Made by a program: the position numbers and the translations under genes
In this document: piece after piece, positions 1-64,000 of the stretch
Position numbering within the stretch: position 1 is the first letter of the stretch
Layout: every line of letters begins with the position of its first letter
The notes under the pieces: generated by a model
Told to the model about the DNA's origin: nothing
Database searches by the model: none
The model's input: the letters and a program-made list of their open reading frames with translations, nothing else
From: Eledone cirrhosa
Taxonomy: Eukaryota
Length of the DNA: 64,000 nucleotides
Direction of reading: 5' to 3'
Assembly (NCBI GenBank): GCA_964016885.1
Contig: OZ024743.1
Coordinates: 127,658,001 to 127,722,000 of the forward strand

Positions 1-9
1 CACACTTAC

Positions 10-58676
<58,667 letters not shown>

Positions 58677-58810
58677 CTGTTACAACACTAAATCTCTTAA
58701 GAATATATATCATTCAGACATGGTATTGCAAACATGTTAGATTATTATTGGCCAAAGGCAAATAATGTGAGAAATAGCTCTGTTAGTTGTTTTATATAGC
58801 CTTACTGTGA

Positions 58811-59110
58811 AGGAGTATGGCGTGGTGGTTAGGGTATTCAGCTCATGACAGTAAGGGCATGAGTTTGATTTCTTGTAACACGTTGAGTCCTTGAGCAAGA
58901 CATTTTATTTCACGTTGCTCCAGTCTACTCAGCTGGTAGAAATGAGTTGTAGATGTAATTCAAAGAGCCAGCATTGTCACACACGTTGCCACACTGAATT
59001 CCGTCGAGAACAGCGTCAAGTGTGCACGTGTCTGTGAAATGTTCATCTACATAAACATTAAGTTTCGTTGTTTGGACAGTTGGAATACGCACCAGTGGAA
59101 TAATGGAAGT
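58811..59110 (+). mobile_element. Second tRNA-derived SINE family (related pieces near 16090, 18600, 45240, 55680, 56850, 62845)
   Basis: tggcgtggtggttagggt A-box, degenerate B-box, ccttgagcaagaca core. Confidence 0.7.
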
Positions 59111-60585
59111 CCAATACTACCATATTACCTTACACAACTATGTTGTGGGTCATCTTCTGAGCTGTGGGGGGGGGGGCTAAAATATACCGAATTGTTTATA
59201 AAAGAGGTCAAAGACAAATACAGGAACTCATGATAAAAATAGTGATATGTGGGATACATGGGAAAATCTGTCGCAAGCTATTAGCTATATGCTATACTTG
59301 TGAAATGTAGCGTAGTTAAACTAACACTTAAAAGCTACAGTCTATTAGCTATTAGCAATGGCTGCGAAATTTAGGTAAATAGATTAATAGTAATTTGCTA
59401 CAAGCAATTAAGTTATAACAGGGAAATGAGAAAAATTAGCTATAAGCTGTTTGCTATCACCTATCTGCTATCAGATATCTGCGAGAAATAATTTGTTACC
59501 AAACGTTTGCCTTAATCTGTACACTTCAAACTGTTTACTACAAACTGTTTGCTATCAGCTGTTTACAACCAGTTGTTTACTACAATTTAATTTTTAACTG
59601 CTTTCTACAAGCCATTTGCTACAAACTGTTTGCTATGAGCTAGAACAGTAAGCTATTATATCAGTGCTGTTGTTGTTAATGTGAAACCATGGGTCAGCCA
59701 GATCAAGCAGGCTTTTCCAATAATAACATTCCAACCATCACTGTATCATCAATTTCGCTAACACAATGTATCTAAAGCCATATTATCTAGCGTAATTCTT
59801 TTCTAAGATGGTGTGATTTGAAGGAGATTAGGCTGCTATTTATAGCAGGATGAGCAACCACTTACATGTTCTCTCATTTGATTACTCTTATCAATTTTTC
59901 TTCTTGATATAGTTATGTCACATTTAAAAGGTGTCTCATATTTTCTATCGTTTGGCTAGAGAGGGAAGACCTGTATCCATAACACTTTTCAGGACACCAG
60001 AGACTGGTGAGAGCTATCCTGGTGTAACAGAGTAGATTCCACTAAGGGGACCTAAGAATCAGATGGTCTTGTTAAACTGTGTAATGGATTATGTCTACCA
60101 TCCAAGTATGCCATAGAAGAATTTGAATTATGAATGCAAAGCTGAAACAAATACAACACATCTTATTAGACGCTCTAATAATTCTGTCAAACCACTGCCC
60201 CGGATTGGTACTTTATTCTAACGATGCCAAAAAGATAAATGGCAAAGTTGATCCCGGCAAGATTTTAACAGAAGACACAATGAGACAGAACTTATATCAG
60301 AAGGCATCTCGCTCAACGCTCTAAGAAATCTACTAATCATTCGTACAGTGCAAAGAGTTTTAGAATTGTCTGAGAACTGAAAGATTCAACTAAGAATAGA
60401 AAGAGAACCGGGTTACTATGCTACTAAACTTTGGGCGAGGACAATTAAAACTACATTAAATAACTATCTCTATAAAACATTTGAAAACAAGAAAACGACG
60501 ACCCCCATCACTGTATGAATGAAACATTTGAACAGAAAATAACAACAACAACAACAGTTAAACGTCAGAAAAATTGTAAAATTAC

Positions 60586-60645
60586 AAGATCAACAACGAA
60601 ACACACACAAAAAACAGGTAGGAGGAAAATACACACAGACTCCAT
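60586..60645 (-). CDS. Candidate signal-peptide first exon (MESVCIFLLPVFCVCFVVDL)
   Basis: ATG in aacgATGG context, hydrophobic 20-mer, weak donor gtaatt. Phase 0 does not join directly to the phase-1 EB exon. Confidence 0.25.
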
Positions 60646-60843
60646 CGTTGGCTGTGTTATTTGTATTCAATTGATTGACGCCATGTTTAGAATTTTCACA
60701 ACAATTAATCATTATATATAAATATCGCAATCGCATTACACACGCACATACACACATACGTACATACATACACACATACACACACATACATGCAGGCATA
60801 CACACACACATATACATACATGCATACACACATACACACGCAT

Positions 60844-60874
<31 letters not shown>

Positions 60875-60885
60875 CATACATATAC

Positions 60886-60925
<40 letters not shown>

Positions 60926-61144
60926 CCAAAGATTAGTATGGTTCGTCGATTACTCAATGAATACAATTTTACAATAGGTTAGAAGCACTCAACAGGGAGT
61001 TTTCTTGGAGTTTTTAATATTATTCAAAATATTAACAAATGAAAAATATTCTCATAATCAAAATATATACTTCCAATATATACTGCCAATACTGCAATTG
61101 ATTAATCAAGACCGTAGCGGTATGTCATATATCAAATCATATAT

Positions 61145-61204
61145 TTTGTCTGATGAGGACGTACTGAAAAAACAACACAGTACCTTTGAAATATATATAA
61201 TAAA
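61145..61204 (+). ncRNA. Minimal type-I hammerhead in a PLE terminus (~60924-61240)
   Basis: tttgt-CTGATGA-ggac.gtactg(..)cagtac.cttt-GAAA-tatata-TA-ataaa; 25-bp inverted repeat at 61048-61072 / 61203-61227. Confidence 0.75.
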
Positions 61205-62391
61205 GTATATATTTTGATTATGAGAATAATTTTAATTGGTAGCCTTTTTAAAATTCTGTAAAAAGGCTACAGAATAGATTTCCAAATAAGGGCGCGAAAA
61301 TTTAATGAAAACTTGTTGACGTGACAGCCATAATTTCATTTATAACCAATCAAATTACGTTTATTAAAAAAAAAAAGCCTTCGTGAGCCCCCCTTTTTTT
61401 AAAGTAAAAAGAAATTCAAACACTCATATATGAAAAAAACAACCTGTGTCCCCGTTTGAAGAACTTTGTAACGCGAACTGGCGCGAAATTTATTATAATT
61501 ATTGACCAACCAATCAAATTACTTCTCTAAAAACCTGGCATTTCGAGCCACTTTTTTCCATATAAAACAAGTAACACTCAGAGACCAACCAGATGTGAGA
61601 AAAACTACAGACCCTCCATCTCAACTCTACTTTTGAAAAGCAGAAGAACTGCGAAGCCGGTAAAGGAACCAAATAAATATATATATATTTTTAAAAATAA
61701 GACTCCAGTTGCATTTTCGATTTCATCTTTTTTTCTTTATATATATATATATATATATATACGTACATAATTTTGGCATATAAGTCATAACAATGCATGA
61801 CTAAAAATATTAAATAGATGGCACGGGTTCACTAGTATTTATAAGAAAAGTCAACACGGAAATTCGACACGGGACAATAATGTCAGAAAAAGGATTTCAT
61901 GAATATTTTTCCTGACATTACTTCTTCCTGTGTATTTTTGTATATTTTGTAAAGTCTCTGAAGATACGGGACTGAGTAAAATTAATGTTTAATAACAAAC
62001 TTCTTTAGTCAATGTTCAGATTGTAATATATACACATATCTCTACATATTGATAATAGAGCTTGACCGAGAATTTTCACCATTTCCATTTTTCAACTTTC
62101 TTGTAGAAACATGAGTAAGACAAATATATTTTAAATTTCTTCATCTTGGATTACTATTCATGTGTTCTATACATCTGCATTCATACAACACGTAGGATTA
62201 GTTTACTCAAAGTCTAATTCCTAATACTGTACAGATTATACTTGTGAGGAGCTGATACGCTTTTTTATCTTTATTTTTATTTTTTTTTTTTTTTCGCTGA
62301 TTGTAGAATTACACTGAGTTTGAAATTTTGTTGACATAACTTTGTTCACCTAGACTTCTATCCTTGTTATGTATATGTACATTCACAGACA

Positions 62392-62430
<39 letters not shown>

Positions 62431-62468
62431 TTACATATATACACACACACATATATATATATATGTAT

Positions 62469-62503
<35 letters not shown>

Positions 62504-63210
62504 ATCATTTAATGTCCATATAAACACTTCAACTATTATAAGAATATTTTCATCTTAAGAATTCGGTTGAAAACACCAGAATTTTCAGTGAATTAAAACA
62601 TGAAGAAAATAATTAAATTTTAGCTGCAGAAACTGAAACAAATAATAAATAGTAAAAATTATTAAAAGTTTGGAATTGGTTGCTCTGTATGCTGTCTGGT
62701 AGTTCCATAGAGTCCCGTTTCGTAAGAGGCAGCAAATATAAGTTACACATTAGAATAAATGTTGTTGACACAGACGACAATATTTAGAAGAGTAAATACA
62801 TATCTGTACATACACTGTACATGTACATAGTTACAATGGACACGACGTGATTGAATGGTTACAGAGTTCACTCCGAAATCATTAGATACTGGGTTCGATC
62901 CCACTGTGTGCTATCTGGGGCGAGTGTCATTTACCATAGCCTAGGGTAGACCCAGGCCATGTGAAAGAAATTGAATGAATGGAAACTGTTTGAAAGCCCA
63001 TCGGATTTACTGTACCTGTAATCCAAAGGCCTTGACATACATTGTGTCACGTTGAATCTACCTGAGAATTACGTTAAGAGTACATATTTCTGTGGAATTC
63101 TCAGCCACTTACACGTTAATTTAATAGCAGGCTACCCCGAGAATCCAACTACTGGGACATGCCATTCTTCGTGCTTACTCAATGTTTATAAACACCTACG
63201 AATATATATA

Positions 63211-63386
63211 TTTATTAAATTAACAGATTAAAGTTTAAGCAAAGAATCGCTGCTTTCACTCTTAACGGGATCTTCTGAAACTAAAAAAGTCAATCTGTGA
63301 ACGCAGAAGTAAATATTTCAAAAAACGGTGCAACCGAAGGAAGAGAGGAAGACGATACTTAAACTTTAATCTGTTAATTTAATAAA
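63211..63386 (-). mobile_element. Solo terminus of the 40-42 kb PLE family with short inverted end duplication
   Basis: Reverse complement of ~42288-42428; 29-bp inverted repeat at 63211-63239 / 63358-63386. Confidence 0.85.
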
Positions 63387-64000
63387 TATTTGCTCTACGG
63401 TTCTTATATATTTGATATATATTTATCCTTATCGAATTTTAGTCTTCAAATTTATTATTATTACTATATATATATATATATATATACAATTGAATATGTG
63501 AGAGATTGTAAACGACTATTTTGAATTTGTAACTCAATGTATGATATTATCGGCTCCGGTACGTAGAGCTAACTTTAGTCTCATAAACTGGGCTGCTATT
63601 TTTAGCGGCATGGGTATGTGAGACACGCTAGGCGCTGTAACATGTGCTTTTATATCAGCATACTGTTCAGTCTTCTTAGATTCTTAGAAGTGAAAGGTCT
63701 ACTAATTTACTGAAGAGCACAGAAATAGTGTCTTTCACTCAATAATTCTTGCGAAACAGATTTAAGTCTGTATGGGTATCAAAGGTTTTTGCCCGATATA
63801 GGTTTGTTCTTTTTATTGATTTATTAATTTAGATCGAGTCAGGCAAACCATATTGTTTTAAGTTAGTATTTTTTTCAACCTAGTTAACTTGGTCCTTTGC
63901 AATTGGAACACATGTATACTTATATCTGTGTTTATCTCTCTCACATATACAATTATACTGCACGGCTCTGAAAAATTTCTTTCTTGGAGCTATTTAATTG

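Overview
AT-rich, microsatellite-laden animal genomic DNA. The SINE, LINE and Penelope repertoire looks like an Octopus-type cephalopod (inference). Almost the whole window is intronic to one minus-strand gene that the ORF track mostly misses. I reconstructed 10 phase-compatible exons by hand: three EB-type Cys modules, EGF, a SEA domain split over two exons, a linker, a Ca-binding EGF, a micro-exon and one more exon; the gene continues off the left edge. The introns hold a head-to-tail stack of Tx1/L1 LINEs in (ATT)n tails, R4/Dong-like LINEs, a GC-rich CRE-clade element with a PHD-like finger nested in an R4 copy, two mariners, a non-autonomous Helitron, RTE remnants, many tRNA-derived SINEs, a 35 x 67-bp near-perfect satellite born inside a SINE, and several Penelope-like elements (PLEs). 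The most notable signal is about 10 type-I hammerhead ribozyme motifs in PLE termini inserted in (TA)n. Some occur as inverted twin-ribozyme palindromes, and two unrelated families carry a compensated U3-A8 core (TTGAAAA) with long stem II. All structures and splice models are hand-derived and untested.
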